Source: Candidatus Jorgensenbacteria bacterium (GTDB lineage: Bacteria > Patescibacteriota > Minisyncoccia > UBA6257 > GWB1-50-10). Taken from it: a stretch of DNA of 64,000 nucleotides. Shown here piece after piece: positions 28,358-37,717 of the stretch (position 1 is the stretch's first letter; each line of letters begins with the position of its first letter). The stretch is from assembly GCA_030648515.1 (NCBI GenBank), contig JAUSHK010000002.1, positions 7,799-71,798 on the forward strand. The letters are read 5' to 3'. A program made the position numbers and the translations under genes. The notes beneath the pieces were generated by a model, which saw only the letters and a list, made by a program, of their open reading frames with translations, had not been told where the DNA came from and did no database searches.

Positions 28358-30373
28358 CTAGCGAATCATTAAGTCTGAAAATGCTTTCTGAAGCTGTCCA
28401 AATAAGTTTTGCGGGTTCGCGCTTGAGGGCGGAGGAGTTGGTTCTCCACTTGGAGATGTGGGCGCTACTGGCTCAGATCCAGGAGTTGACGCTGGAGCCA
28501 TACCAGGTCCGGAAGCCGGAGCAGTGCCGGGGGCAAAACTCCCTCCAGAAGGCGGCTGTATAAATTGCTGCATCTGTTGCTGTGCCTGTTGTACTTGCTG
28601 CTGCATTTGCTGTTGTATTTGCTGCTGCATCTGTTGCTGGCCAGCAGACTGTTGAAATCCTGGCTGTTGTTGGAAAGATCCAGGACCCATTCCCATACCG
28701 GCATCGCCTTGTACTCCCTGTTGTTGAAATCCGCTTCCGCCGTTGTCCTTATTAGAGTTTATGTCGTCAGGACCTTGGCCTGAGCAAGTACCCGGGCCTG
28801 TACCACAACTGACCGAACCAGCCCCGATACCTGGGCCAGTGTCATCACTAGAACCTTCATTAAAGCTCTGTGGCATCATATTTTTAAACTGTTGTAATTG
28901 CTGTCCAGTTGGTCCTTGTTGAAAATTCCCCGGGATTTGTTCCTTCCCCATCATAATTTCCGGAATTTTCCCGCCACCAAATAATTTTGCGCATTCTTCA
29001 GGGCTGCTACACTGAGGATTTCCACCTTGCTGCTGACCTGAAAATTCCATACCCATGCCTTGTTGCCCATCCGGACCCTGTTGTCCATTCGGACCTTGTC
29101 CATCACCGAACATTTTCTGACACTCCTCAGGAGTAGTGCATGGAGGATTCCCGTTTGGACCAAACCCTTGCTGCCCTCCGGGCTGCATGCCATTTTCACC
29201 AAACATTTTTTTACATTCTTCGGGAGTGGTGCACGGAGGATTTCCATTCGGTCCCTGACCCGGGACTCCGACTCCGGGCGGCATGTTTCCACCCTCGCCC
29301 GGGGCGCCCGTCATCCCCAGCGGAATCATTTTTTCAAAACACGTTTTCATTTTATCCCCAACATCTCTTGGAGGCATACCGGCACCGCTCTGCAGTTTTT
29401 GAAGCGCGTCACTTCCAACTGACGAATTAAGACAGTCCAGTACTGTCGCCGGCGCCTGCGTCAGCATTTGCTGCATCTGCTGTTTTCCATCCTTCATTCT
29501 CTGTAAATCTTCCTGCGGAATCATTCCGTTATCAACACCGAACTGGAAACACGTTTCCTGATTTGCCTGGTCATTACAAAATGCATCGCATTGGTCTTTT
29601 CCCTTACATCCACCTGGGCCTTTTCCTCCGGTCTTCTTAGCCATCTCGGCATCTTTCGCGCTCATAAATCCCGCGGCAAGCGCGAAATTCGTGCATTCTT
29701 CAAAATGCGCGTCGCTCCCGCAATACGCGTCGCACGCTTCCTTTCCTTGGCACGCCGGCGGCTTCACGCCTTGCTTAATAGCAACTAGTGCCTTTTGGGC
29801 ATCTTGAGCTTCCTGTTCATTCATAAATCCAGCGGCAAGCGCGAAATTCATACACTCCTCCATATGATCGGCGCTTTGGCAATATGAATCGCACGCTTTC
29901 TTCCCTCCGCACGCCGGCGGCTTCACACCACGCTTGATTGCCGCTTGAACTTGTTTTGCTTCCTTTAACTGTTCCGGCGGCATCATGCCATTTTGCTCCG
30001 CAAACGAAACACACTCGTCTATATTCGCCGCGTCATTGCAAAATGCATCACACGAGTCCTTGCTAGTACATCCGCCAGGACCCTTTGCGCCAGCCGTGGC
30101 AAATTTCTTTGCCATAACAATATCCTCCTGACTCATGAGGTTGTTCTTTTCAGCAAAACTGACGCACGCATTAATATTTGCAGAATCATCGCAATACGTT
30201 TTGCAATTTTGTTCGCTTGTGCATCCGCCAAGTTCCTGAACGGGATATTGAATGTTCGCCGCGGACGCTGTGTTTGTTTGTGTCTGCGCAAAAACAGCAG
30301 TACTTACGATAACCGCGGAAACAGCGACGCCGAGACCTAGTACAAGAAAGCTGACAAAAAATTTTGTGTTCAT
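28358..30373 (-). CDS. large secreted repeat protein with tandem 4-Cys modules and a polyQ/Gly/Pro-rich C-terminal region
   Basis: Signal peptide. At least five ~50-aa repeats with C-x5-C-x3-C-x8-C spacing and three shorter 'NPPCTTPEEC' repeats. Then QQMQQQ tracts and a Pro/Thr/Ser-rich tail. DNA-level tandem repeats are visible at 29.66-29.95 kb. Confidence 0.6.
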   Translation of the reverse strand: MNTKFFVSFLVLGLGVAVSAVIVSTAVFAQTQTNTASAANIQYPVQELGGCTSEQNCKTYCDDSANINACVSFAEKNNLMSQEDIVMAKKFATAGAKGPGGCTSKDSCDAFCNDAANIDECVSFAEQNGMMPPEQLKEAKQVQAAIKRGVKPPACGGKKACDSYCQSADHMEECMNFALAAGFMNEQEAQDAQKALVAIKQGVKPPACQGKEACDAYCGSDAHFEECTNFALAAGFMSAKDAEMAKKTGGKGPGGCKGKDQCDAFCNDQANQETCFQFGVDNGMIPQEDLQRMKDGKQQMQQMLTQAPATVLDCLNSSVGSDALQKLQSGAGMPPRDVGDKMKTCFEKMIPLGMTGAPGEGGNMPPGVGVPGQGPNGNPPCTTPEECKKMFGENGMQPGGQQGFGPNGNPPCTTPEECQKMFGDGQGPNGQQGPDGQQGMGMEFSGQQQGGNPQCSSPEECAKLFGGGKIPEIMMGKEQIPGNFQQGPTGQQLQQFKNMMPQSFNEGSSDDTGPGIGAGSVSCGTGPGTCSGQGPDDINSNKDNGGSGFQQQGVQGDAGMGMGPGSFQQQPGFQQSAGQQQMQQQIQQQMQQQVQQAQQQMQQFIQPPSGGSFAPGTAPASGPGMAPASTPGSEPVAPTSPSGEPTPPPSSANPQNLFGQLQKAFSDLMIR

Positions 30374-30386
30374 AGTTCGCGATTAA

Positions 30387-30644
30387 TTATTGAAATGGGT
30401 TCGTCTTTATGTTTGAGAACGGATTGGTTTTGGTAACTGGGTTTGTATCCGGAGTCGCAAGCGACGGCAAAGCCCCCTGCGTCGCGCTTTTAATGGCCGC
30501 ATCAGTTGCGTTATTCACATTCTGAAGCGCCTGCTCTTGCGCGGTTGGAGTAGGTGTTGTAACTCGCCACTTTGTCCAGTACAAATATCCCCCAACGACC
30601 AAAATTGCGACGGCGACAATCGCGATGATAATGTCTTTCTTCAT
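30387..30644 (-). CDS. small membrane-anchored protein
   Basis: Start taken at 'MKKDIIIAIVAVAILVVGG' (TM helix). Sits 13 nt upstream of the large repeat protein and is probably co-transcribed with it. Confidence 0.35.
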   Translation of the reverse strand: MKKDIIIAIVAVAILVVGGYLYWTKWRVTTPTPTAQEQALQNVNNATDAAIKSATQGALPSLATPDTNPVTKTNPFSNIKTNPFQ

Positions 30645-30671
30645 GCTTACATTATAGCAAATCAAAAAAAA

Positions 30672-30691
30672 GCCACCCATTATGGGGTGGC
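30672..30691 (-). terminator. rho-independent terminator of peptide gene C
   Basis: Hairpin 'gccacccat/atggggtggc' with an A8 run on the + strand, which is a T8 run after the hairpin on the minus strand. Confidence 0.5.
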
Positions 30692-30718
30692 TTCCTGGTT
30701 AAAGGTCGTGTCGTCGTC

Positions 30719-30898
30719 TTATTGCTGATTGGTATCGGATGCAGCAGTATCAAAAAAATTCGCGCCGCGCTGCAGTATTCCGGTGCACCTTCCTGTCGCT
30801 TCTCCGGTTGTCTCTTCGCCGTTTTGTACGTTAATGGAACCCGCTGAACGTTTTGTTGAGCCTAAAAAGGCCGCTTCGAGGAAAAATTTTACTCCCAT
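30719..30898 (-). CDS. small peptide (59 aa), paralog C of a three-member family
   Basis: ORF below the 60-aa track cutoff: 'MGVKFFLEAAFLGSTKRSAGSINVQNGEETTGEATGRCTGILQRGANFFDTAASDTNQQ'. RBS 'GGAAGGAG'. Same conserved upstream element and leader features as the two listed paralogs. Confidence 0.4.
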   Translation of the reverse strand: MGVKFFLEAAFLGSTKRSAGSINVQNGEETTGEATGRCTGILQRGANFFDTAASDTNQQ

Positions 30899-30981
30899 GA
30901 CTTTTACTCCTTCCGTTAATGAGGGTTAACCTGTAATTCTGTGAATGAGTAGGCTCATAACCAAAGCAATAAACGCGTTAA

Positions 30982-31003
30982 AGAGCCAATTTAAATATAA
31001 CAT
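30982..31003 (-). promoter_or_regulatory. conserved upstream element of peptide gene C
   Basis: 'agagccaatttaaatataacat' is identical to the element at 31827-31848. On the minus strand it reads 'ATGTTATATTTAAATTGGCTCT', 84-105 nt upstream of the ATG. Confidence 0.45.
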
Positions 31004-31127
31004 TCGTATCACGCCCTTACAACAAACCTGTGGATAAATTGACAAAGCATGAAATATGCCAACTTTTACAAAAAGAGAACCCCTTACCTATATGAAGCAA
31101 GGGGGCTCTAAGATTTTCCGCTGTTTG

Positions 31128-31316
31128 TTATTGGTATGTGCTGATCGTGCAACCGGTGATCGAATTAACTGTACCCGCCGCTGTCGGTTTATTACACCTT
31201 CCATAAACTCCACATCTTCCTGTATCGACGCCCATCGCTTGTTGATTGTTAACACCAGCTGTCTCAGGGGGACCCGAACCTAAAAAGGCCAGGCCAGGAG
31301 GAAAAAATCTTTTCAT
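31128..31316 (-). CDS. small peptide (62 aa), paralog A
   Basis: 'MKRFFPPGLAFLGSGPP...' N-terminus shared with paralog B. Cys-containing C-terminal region. RBS 'AAGGAGAAG'. Confidence 0.5.
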   Translation of the reverse strand: MKRFFPPGLAFLGSGPPETAGVNNQQAMGVDTGRCGVYGRCNKPTAAGTVNSITGCTISTYQ

Positions 31317-31398
31317 AATTCTTCTCCTTGGTTAATTAGTGGTTTGTTTGGTACACTTAGTACCTTTCAGCTCGCATCCCAAACAAGAAGCAGTCCAA

Positions 31399-31419
31399 TG
31401 AGCTGACTTAATAATAACA
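31399..31419 (-). promoter_or_regulatory. degenerate copy of the conserved upstream element (paralog A)
   Basis: 'tgagctgacttaataataacat' aligns with the other two elements and sits at the same 83-103 nt spacing from the ATG. Confidence 0.35.
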
Positions 31420-31474
31420 TAGCTAACCGTACTGGCGCAATAAGCATGTGGATAAAACTGCTGTATAAAAAAGC

Positions 31475-31501
31475 GTGCCCGCTAACATAGTTAGCAGGCA
31501 C
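31475..31501 (-). terminator. rho-independent terminator of peptide gene B
   Basis: 12-bp stem 'gtgcccgctaac/gttagcaggcac' with one mismatch, followed on the minus strand by T6. Confidence 0.55.
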
Positions 31502-31557
31502 GGTCATGTATGGAAGTTTATCTAGTGGGACCTTCCAACCCGGTTATCCGCGTATCG

Positions 31558-31749
31558 TCATTGAAAAATGCTGGTCCAGTATCCGGTTGTATCAGTTTCA
31601 TCTGCAAAGGTATCGGCAATATGGGTGCACCTACCTATTCCACCGGATTTCCCGCAACCGTATACGCCGCTTTGTGAATTGTTAAAAGAACCAGCAACAG
31701 GGGGACCCAAACCTAAAAAGGCCAGGCCAGGAGGAAAAAATCTTTTCAT
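31558..31749 (-). CDS. small peptide (63 aa), paralog B
   Basis: 'MKRFFPPGLAFLGLGPP...' First 13 codons and the RBS region are nearly identical to paralog A at the DNA level. Confidence 0.5.
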   Translation of the reverse strand: MKRFFPPGLAFLGLGPPVAGSFNNSQSGVYGCGKSGGIGRCTHIADTFADETDTTGYWTSIFQ

Positions 31750-31826
31750 AATTCTTCTCCTTGCTTGATTAATTTAAGTGATTTGGTTATTTTTTGGCCC
31801 GCAATCCAAAATCGAAACACGTCAAA

Positions 31827-31848
31827 AGAGCCAATTTAAATATAACAT
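31827..31848 (-). promoter_or_regulatory. conserved upstream element of peptide gene B
   Basis: 'agagccaatttaaatataacat', 78-99 nt upstream of the ATG. The minus-strand reading contains a TATATT -10-like hexamer. Confidence 0.45.
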
Positions 31849-31914
31849 AACTGCAAAAATTTTTACAAGAACACATTGCTAATAAAAAAGCCGCTCAGAG
31901 TTCCGTCTGGACGG

Positions 31915-32247
31915 CTATTTCGATAACTCAGATAATAAAACAATAAAACCGTACCCTGCACTCGCGCAAATTCCGTACAAAAACCCGGCAATTATTCCGA
32001 ACCGCCTTCCAAACAAAAAACTCACGGGCATTATCGTAAGTACCGTAATCATTACGCAAAGCAACGCGCTTGAAATAAAAAGCCCGCCGAAACGCGCGCC
32101 TGAATCACTTGCAATAGCGAGCGCGCCGAGAGCTAATCCGAGCACAATTCCGCGCTTCGACATCCCGCTTGCGTCACTTCTGTTGAAAAACGCGATTGGG
32201 CCATGATCCTCGTTGTCGCGCGTGCACGTTTTGACTTTATTCTGCAT
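31915..32247 (-). CDS. small membrane protein
   Basis: Two or three TM helices. The real start may be the internal 'MSKRGIVLGLALG'. Confidence 0.35.
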   Translation of the reverse strand: MQNKVKTCTRDNEDHGPIAFFNRSDASGMSKRGIVLGLALGALAIASDSGARFGGLFISSALLCVMITVLTIMPVSFLFGRRFGIIAGFLYGICASAGYGFIVLLSELSK

Positions 32248-32372
32248 AACGCCTCCGCTAAAAATTTGATAAATGTAAAAACACGCTGCCTATAATAATA
32301 CAATATAATTAAGAAAAAATCAAGCCAAAACCCGCCTCAAAAAGAAGCGGGTTTATACTTCGCCTCTAAACA

Positions 32373-32618
32373 TTATTTCACCGACTTATTGTAGAGCCAG
32401 GCAAGCACATAGCCGAGAACGTACCCAACAACAAGATGCAGCACGGCCATCCAGACTGCGCCGCCCCATGAGTAAGCGAACCCCGGGTGCAAGGGCCCCA
32501 AAAGCATTACCGCGCTCTTCATCCAGCCAAAAAGCAAAGCACCGGCAATCATAATAAACCAAACGGCGCCAGCTAAAACGCCGACCGCGAGTCCGAGCGC
32601 TTTTTTATTCAGATGCAT
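32373..32618 (-). CDS. small membrane protein (81 aa)
   Basis: Three hydrophobic helices. Trp/Gly-rich. Confidence 0.4.
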   Translation of the reverse strand: MHLNKKALGLAVGVLAGAVWFIMIAGALLFGWMKSAVMLLGPLHPGFAYSWGGAVWMAVLHLVVGYVLGYVLAWLYNKSVK

Positions 32619-32652
32619 ATTTGTAAAAATAGAGAATCCGACCTTTTCTATA

Positions 32653-33825
32653 TTATACCAAATACTTCTTCCCCTTCAGCTTCTCTGGTAAGTAGCTTTC
32701 CTTAGAATATTTTTCATACCCCTTACTGTAGCCGAGATTTTTCATAAGCTTCGTTGGGGCATTCCTAATATGGAGCGGGATAGGAAGATTACCGTGTTTT
32801 TTCACGTCCTCAAGCGCGCGGAAATATGCATCGTACGCGCTCCTGTCTTTTTTTGCGGTTGCTAAATAAACTGTGCCGTGCGCGAGATTTATCTGCGCCT
32901 CCGGCAATCCGATGGTTTCAACCGCGCGGAACACGTCGTTTGCGACAACAAGCGCCGTCGGCTGTGCCATGCCGATATCCTCACTCGCAAAAATTACCAT
33001 CCTCCGCGCGATGAATTTCGGGTCCTCGCCCGCCTCAACCATCCGCGCGAGATAATAGAGCGCCGCGTCCGGCTGGCTCGCCCGCATGCTTTTAATAAAC
33101 GCGCTTATGATGTTGTAGTGCTCATCGCCTTTCTTGTCATACCGCAAAAATTTTGATTGGATTGCGTCCTCGAGCGTCTCAAGCGTGATTTTTCCATAAA
33201 GTCCCTGCGCCGTTTCAAGCACCGCGAGCACTTGCCGCGCGTCGCCGTTCGCCATCTGGATTAGCCAGTCGCGCGCGTCCTTTTTCATTTTTATCCCCGT
33301 GCGGTCAATAATTTCTCCTACCTCACTCTCTGAAAGCGGCTCAAGCACGAATACGCGACATCGCGAAAGTAGCGGAGAAATAACCTCAAAGCTCGGGTTC
33401 TCCGTCGTCGCGCCGATTAAAATAATTTCTCCGCTTTCAACATACGGCAAAAGATAATCCTGCTGGGCCTTGTTAAACCGGTGTATCTCGTCTAAAAATA
33501 AAATTTTCTGTTTTAATCCGCCAAATTTTATGATTTCCCGAACATCGTCTTTTCCGGCCGACACAGCGGACAACTCAAACAATTCTCCGCCCAAGCTTTT
33601 TGCATAGATTTTAGCAAGCGTCGTTTTCCCACATCCGGGCGGCCCCCATAAAATAAACGAGAACAGGTGCTTCTTTTCAATCGCCACCCGCAGGGGCCCA
33701 CGTCCTGAGCTTACAGAAAGGGCTCGCCCTGAGCTTGCCGAAGGGTTATCCACACCAACAAGGTGTTTTTGCCCGACAAACTCATCTAGGTTTTTAGGCC
33801 TGATTTTTGACGCAAGCGGTTCCAT
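32653..33825 (-). CDS. rarA: replication-associated recombination protein A (RarA/MgsA AAA+ ATPase)
   Basis: Walker A 'GPPGCGKTT', AAA+ lid and MgsA C-terminal helical domain. Start taken at 'MEPLASKIRP'. Confidence 0.9.
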   Translation of the reverse strand: MEPLASKIRPKNLDEFVGQKHLVGVDNPSASSGRALSVSSGRGPLRVAIEKKHLFSFILWGPPGCGKTTLAKIYAKSLGGELFELSAVSAGKDDVREIIKFGGLKQKILFLDEIHRFNKAQQDYLLPYVESGEIILIGATTENPSFEVISPLLSRCRVFVLEPLSESEVGEIIDRTGIKMKKDARDWLIQMANGDARQVLAVLETAQGLYGKITLETLEDAIQSKFLRYDKKGDEHYNIISAFIKSMRASQPDAALYYLARMVEAGEDPKFIARRMVIFASEDIGMAQPTALVVANDVFRAVETIGLPEAQINLAHGTVYLATAKKDRSAYDAYFRALEDVKKHGNLPIPLHIRNAPTKLMKNLGYSKGYEKYSKESYLPEKLKGKKYLV

Positions 33826-33931
33826 ATCTAGGATTGTACACCCTCGAATAAAATTAATCCCTGCATAAATATTCAATCCTCTCAGAGAATTTTAAAATTG
33901 AGTATCTGGAGCGGGGATAAAAAAACCACCG

Positions 33932-34222
33932 TCAATTCAAGTGGTTTTTTATATCTTCAAAATTTCCCGAAATAATAAAAGCCGCAACTGGAACAGATGG
34001 TATTTTCTTTGTAAAAAGCACGCCATACTCCAAAAATAGGAAAACTCTTTCGCATTTCCAATTAAAAAGCGCGTGGCCGTCACTATTATATAGCGCTCCG
34101 CACATAGAACAACAAAACACCGATCCCTTATGCCCCATACAGCCGCCTTTTAACTGAATAGAATTTTCAACATCGATTTCCCCTCCGCATATTTTTCCGT
34201 CGTGCATTTCTGTACAATACAT
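33932..34222 (-). CDS. small Cys-rich hypothetical protein
   Basis: Nine Cys in 96 aa, including 'CCSMCG', suggesting a metal-binding knuckle. Confidence 0.35.
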   Translation of the reverse strand: MYCTEMHDGKICGGEIDVENSIQLKGGCMGHKGSVFCCSMCGALYNSDGHALFNWKCERVFLFLEYGVLFTKKIPSVPVAAFIISGNFEDIKNHLN

Positions 34223-34358
34223 AACCGCCTCCTTCTTTATATAATTTTTGTACTTTTAGAACTGTTAAGATTGTATAATAAAAAGCTGGTTTGTCAAAAA
34301 CAAAGCCCCCGACTCCGCTAGTCCGCGGAGTCGGGGCTATTGTAACTTCAAATCAATT

Positions 34359-34562
34359 TTAACTCTTCAACTTGCCGACATTAACGAGAAGTTCAATTGC
34401 CGAAAGACCGACTAATACGTAAATGACGCGTGAAATTGTGGACATCGTGCCAAAAATCGCCGCAACGACGTCCAGATTGAATACACCGACCAAACCCCAG
34501 TTCAAACCGCCGATAACAAGAAGCACAACTGCAACCCAGTCGAGCGTGTTAAGCTTTTTCAT
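34359..34562 (-). CDS. DUF378-family small membrane protein
   Basis: 'LDWVAVVLLVIGGLNWGLVG...' two-TM pattern typical of DUF378. Confidence 0.6.
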   Translation of the reverse strand: MKKLNTLDWVAVVLLVIGGLNWGLVGVFNLDVVAAIFGTMSTISRVIYVLVGLSAIELLVNVGKLKS

Positions 34563-34714
34563 AAAAAATATATGTAAAAAACCAGCCGTTCGACCTTTAG
34601 AAACTTATATGCCCATTATAGCAAATGTAGCGCGTCCACATTCTTCTTATTGAACTTTTCCCTGTTTTGTAGCATACTTCATTCCTACATGGCCTCCGTG
34701 CGTAGCGGGGGCTT

Positions 34715-36538
34715 ATGCAATCTATGCACAACAACATACGAAACATCGCGATTATCGCGCACGTCGACCACGGAAAGACGACGCTCGTTGACGCGCTTTT
34801 AAAGCAATCCGAGAGTTTTAAAACAAAAACTGACGCTCCGCAGGAACTTATTATGGATTCAAACGAGCTTGAACGCGAGCGCGGTATTACGATTTTTTCA
34901 AAAAACGCCTCAATCCATTACGGGACAACGAAAATAAATTTGGTTGATACGCCGGGGCACGCGGACTTCGGTGGCGAGGTTGAGCGCATTATGCGCATGG
35001 TTGACGGAGTTCTACTTCTCGTTGACGCGAAAGAAGGGCCGATGCCGCAGACAAAGTTTGTTCTCCAAAAAGCCATTCAGGCGGGACATCCGGCGATTGT
35101 TGTTATTAATAAAATAGATAAGCCCGACGCGCGGCCGGCGTGGGCGCTAGCGCGCACGTATGATCTTTTTATTGAGCTTGGCGCGGATGAAAAACAGATT
35201 GAGTTCCCCGTAATCTATGCTTCGGCAACGCAGGGAAAGGCAAGCACAAAACCTGACCTAGTCGCAATGAAAAATGTAAAGCCGCTCTTTGACGCCATTA
35301 TTCACAAAATACCGCCGCCAGAAGTTTTTAAAGACAAACCGCTCCAGATGCTCACGGTAAATCTCGCCTACGATAACTATAAAGGAAAAATCGGAATCGG
35401 GAGATTGTATTCCGGAGCGCTTAAAAAAGGAATGATGGTCGCGCACATCGACAGGCATGGAAAAATTGAAAAAGTTCAGCTTTCTTCGGTTATGCTTTTT
35501 GAAGGGCTCACGCGCGTTGACGTAGAAGAAGCGCATGCGGGAGAAATTGTGGCAATCGCCGGTATCCCGTCTATTTCGATCGGCGAAACAATCGCGGACT
35601 TAGAGCATCCGGAACAGCTTCCAATAATTCACATAGACGAACCAACGGTAAAAATGACGTTCGGCGTAAACACGTCCCCTTTTATGGGGAAAGAGGGAAA
35701 ATTCACGACCTCGCGGAATCTCCGCGAGCGGCTTGAACACGAAATTGAAACTGATGTCGCGCTTCTTATTACGCAATCCGAATCGCTTGATAAATGGATC
35801 GTCGCCGGTCGCGGTGAACTGCACCTCTCCATACTTATTGAAAAAATGCGGCGCGAAGGATACGAACTTGAAGTGTCGCGCCCGCAGGTCATTATTAAAG
35901 AAATCAACGGGAAAAAAATGGAGCCAATGGAGCTTGTCTCAATTGAAGTGCCGGAGCAGTTTTCTGGCACGGTTATTGAAATGCTCGGGAAGAGGCTTGG
36001 TGTTATGCGCGATATGAAAGTTGACCGCAGCATCGCCTATCTTGATTTTGCCGTTCCAACGCGCGGCATCATCGGCATACGAAATACATTTCTTACTTCA
36101 ACAAAAGGATTGGGCGTGATGAATAGCATTTTTACCGGCTATGAACCGTACAAAGAAAGCGACACAAACAGCATGCATGGTTCGCTCGTCGCGTCAGAAT
36201 CCGGAACGTCAAATTCGTATGGACTCTTAAACGCGCAAGGCCGGGGCAAACTATTCATCAGTCCTGGCATTCCCGTTTATGAAGGAATGGTTGTCGGTGA
36301 AAACGCGAAGGCAAATGATATCCCGGTAAATATCTGCAAAGCAAAAGAACTCACGAACTTCCGGACAAAAAACTTCGGGATACAGGAACAACTTGAAGTC
36401 CCCCACGTTATGGAGCTTGAAGATGCGCTGGAATACATCGGCGACGATGAGCTGGTTGAAGTGACGCCGAAGACCGTGAGAATCAGAAAAGCAATTCTTT
36501 CCAAAAACGACCGCAACAACCACGCAAGTAAAAAATAA
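34715..36538 (+). CDS. typA: translational GTPase TypA/BipA
   Basis: G1 'AHVDHGKTT', G3 'DTPGHADF', G4 'NKID'. EF-G-like domains and the BipA C-terminal domain. Confidence 0.95.
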   Translation: MQSMHNNIRNIAIIAHVDHGKTTLVDALLKQSESFKTKTDAPQELIMDSNELERERGITIFSKNASIHYGTTKINLVDTPGHADFGGEVERIMRMVDGVLLLVDAKEGPMPQTKFVLQKAIQAGHPAIVVINKIDKPDARPAWALARTYDLFIELGADEKQIEFPVIYASATQGKASTKPDLVAMKNVKPLFDAIIHKIPPPEVFKDKPLQMLTVNLAYDNYKGKIGIGRLYSGALKKGMMVAHIDRHGKIEKVQLSSVMLFEGLTRVDVEEAHAGEIVAIAGIPSISIGETIADLEHPEQLPIIHIDEPTVKMTFGVNTSPFMGKEGKFTTSRNLRERLEHEIETDVALLITQSESLDKWIVAGRGELHLSILIEKMRREGYELEVSRPQVIIKEINGKKMEPMELVSIEVPEQFSGTVIEMLGKRLGVMRDMKVDRSIAYLDFAVPTRGIIGIRNTFLTSTKGLGVMNSIFTGYEPYKESDTNSMHGSLVASESGTSNSYGLLNAQGRGKLFISPGIPVYEGMVVGENAKANDIPVNICKAKELTNFRTKNFGIQEQLEVPHVMELEDALEYIGDDELVEVTPKTVRIRKAILSKNDRNNHASKK

Positions 36539-36573
36539 ATCCCCTCACCAATTCAATTGGCGTGTGGAGATAA

Positions 36574-37659
36574 TTACTTCAGGAGAAACGTTATCGGATT
36601 ATAAATATTCGACGGGTTCCACATCATCCATGTATTTGGGGAACCGCCGTCAATTGCCGCCAAAATCTCCGTGCGCACCTCAACCGGACCATACGAAACT
36701 CCGCTGAGGCTGAAGTCCTGAAGCCACGGGCGGATAACCGCAGTTGTCGTGCTATTTCCTAAAAGTATGCGTCCGGATTCAAGTGTCTGCCTCACCACTT
36801 CATACGGATGCTTATTGGGATTATCAAATCCGAAATTCCCGTTCGCGAAGTGCGACGGGTAAATCATCGGCGAGACAACATCAAACTCCGCCGCGGCGTT
36901 TTCTAATCGCTGTCCCACGCCAAGCCCGTCATCGCGCAAAAACGAATATGCAAAAAGGTCTGCGGAAAGTATCGCGTTCGGATTGGTTTTTTTTATCTCA
37001 CTTGTAAGATAGTGGAAAAATTCCGCCATCACGTCAACCTTATAACGAACACCGTCGTAAACGGGGTAAACGGGGTCTTCTGTATCGCCGTCGGATGGAA
37101 AGCGAATGTAGTCAAAATTAACTTCGGCAAAACCAAAATCAAGCGCGCGCCGCGCAATGCCGACATTATAATCCCACACCTCGCGGCTCGCGGGATCAAC
37201 CCAGCGGTACTTTCCCCTCCCGCTCGTCCATAAAGTTCCCGACGCAGTGTGAAGCGCGAGGTCGGGCCGCCGCGCAGCAAGGTCATTGTCCTGAAACGCA
37301 ATCATGCGCGCTATTGGATAAATGCCCTCCGTGCGCAATTCAGTAACAATGCGCTCCATATTCGCCCCGAGATAAACTCCGTCGGTGTCTTTTATATCAA
37401 CAACAAGCGCATTAAGCTCGGTGCGCTTGATGAGATTAATGAGTGTTTTGAGCCGCGACGGCAAGGAAACCGATGACGCCGTCGCGTAAACCGCCCTCAC
37501 GTCGCGGAATGAAACGGTAATCGGAGGAAACGCGCTCGTCGGCGAGTGCTCTGAAAACTGCAAAAGCGACGCTGGCAAAGAAATTCCGTACAGCCTGAAA
37601 CCAAAAAAAACCGCTAGTGCAAGAACTACTGTGATGATAATAATTACCTTCCAAGCCAT
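36574..37659 (-). CDS. secreted putative glycoside-hydrolase-like TIM-barrel protein
   Basis: Signal anchor, then a beta/alpha-barrel-like pattern with conserved acidic residues. Family not confirmed. Confidence 0.35.
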   Translation of the reverse strand: MAWKVIIIITVVLALAVFFGFRLYGISLPASLLQFSEHSPTSAFPPITVSFRDVRAVYATASSVSLPSRLKTLINLIKRTELNALVVDIKDTDGVYLGANMERIVTELRTEGIYPIARMIAFQDNDLAARRPDLALHTASGTLWTSGRGKYRWVDPASREVWDYNVGIARRALDFGFAEVNFDYIRFPSDGDTEDPVYPVYDGVRYKVDVMAEFFHYLTSEIKKTNPNAILSADLFAYSFLRDDGLGVGQRLENAAAEFDVVSPMIYPSHFANGNFGFDNPNKHPYEVVRQTLESGRILLGNSTTTAVIRPWLQDFSLSGVSYGPVEVRTEILAAIDGGSPNTWMMWNPSNIYNPITFLLK

Positions 37660-37717
37660 GTACAGATTATTTTATCATTATTACTTCCTTTGTGTTTTTT
37701 GTTATACAAACAAAATC

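Noticed and set aside
28458-28783. Cys-rich ('CCICCCACC') and Leu-rich + strand ORFs
   Set aside because: They are the antisense reading of the CAG/CAA polyQ repeat of the secreted protein and are a translation artefact.
30645-30700. TATAAT box 8 nt upstream of the 30644 ATG as an independent promoter for the small-TM/giant-protein operon
   Set aside because: No acceptable -35 was found because the region is occupied by the terminator hairpin. Read-through or a different start is equally possible.
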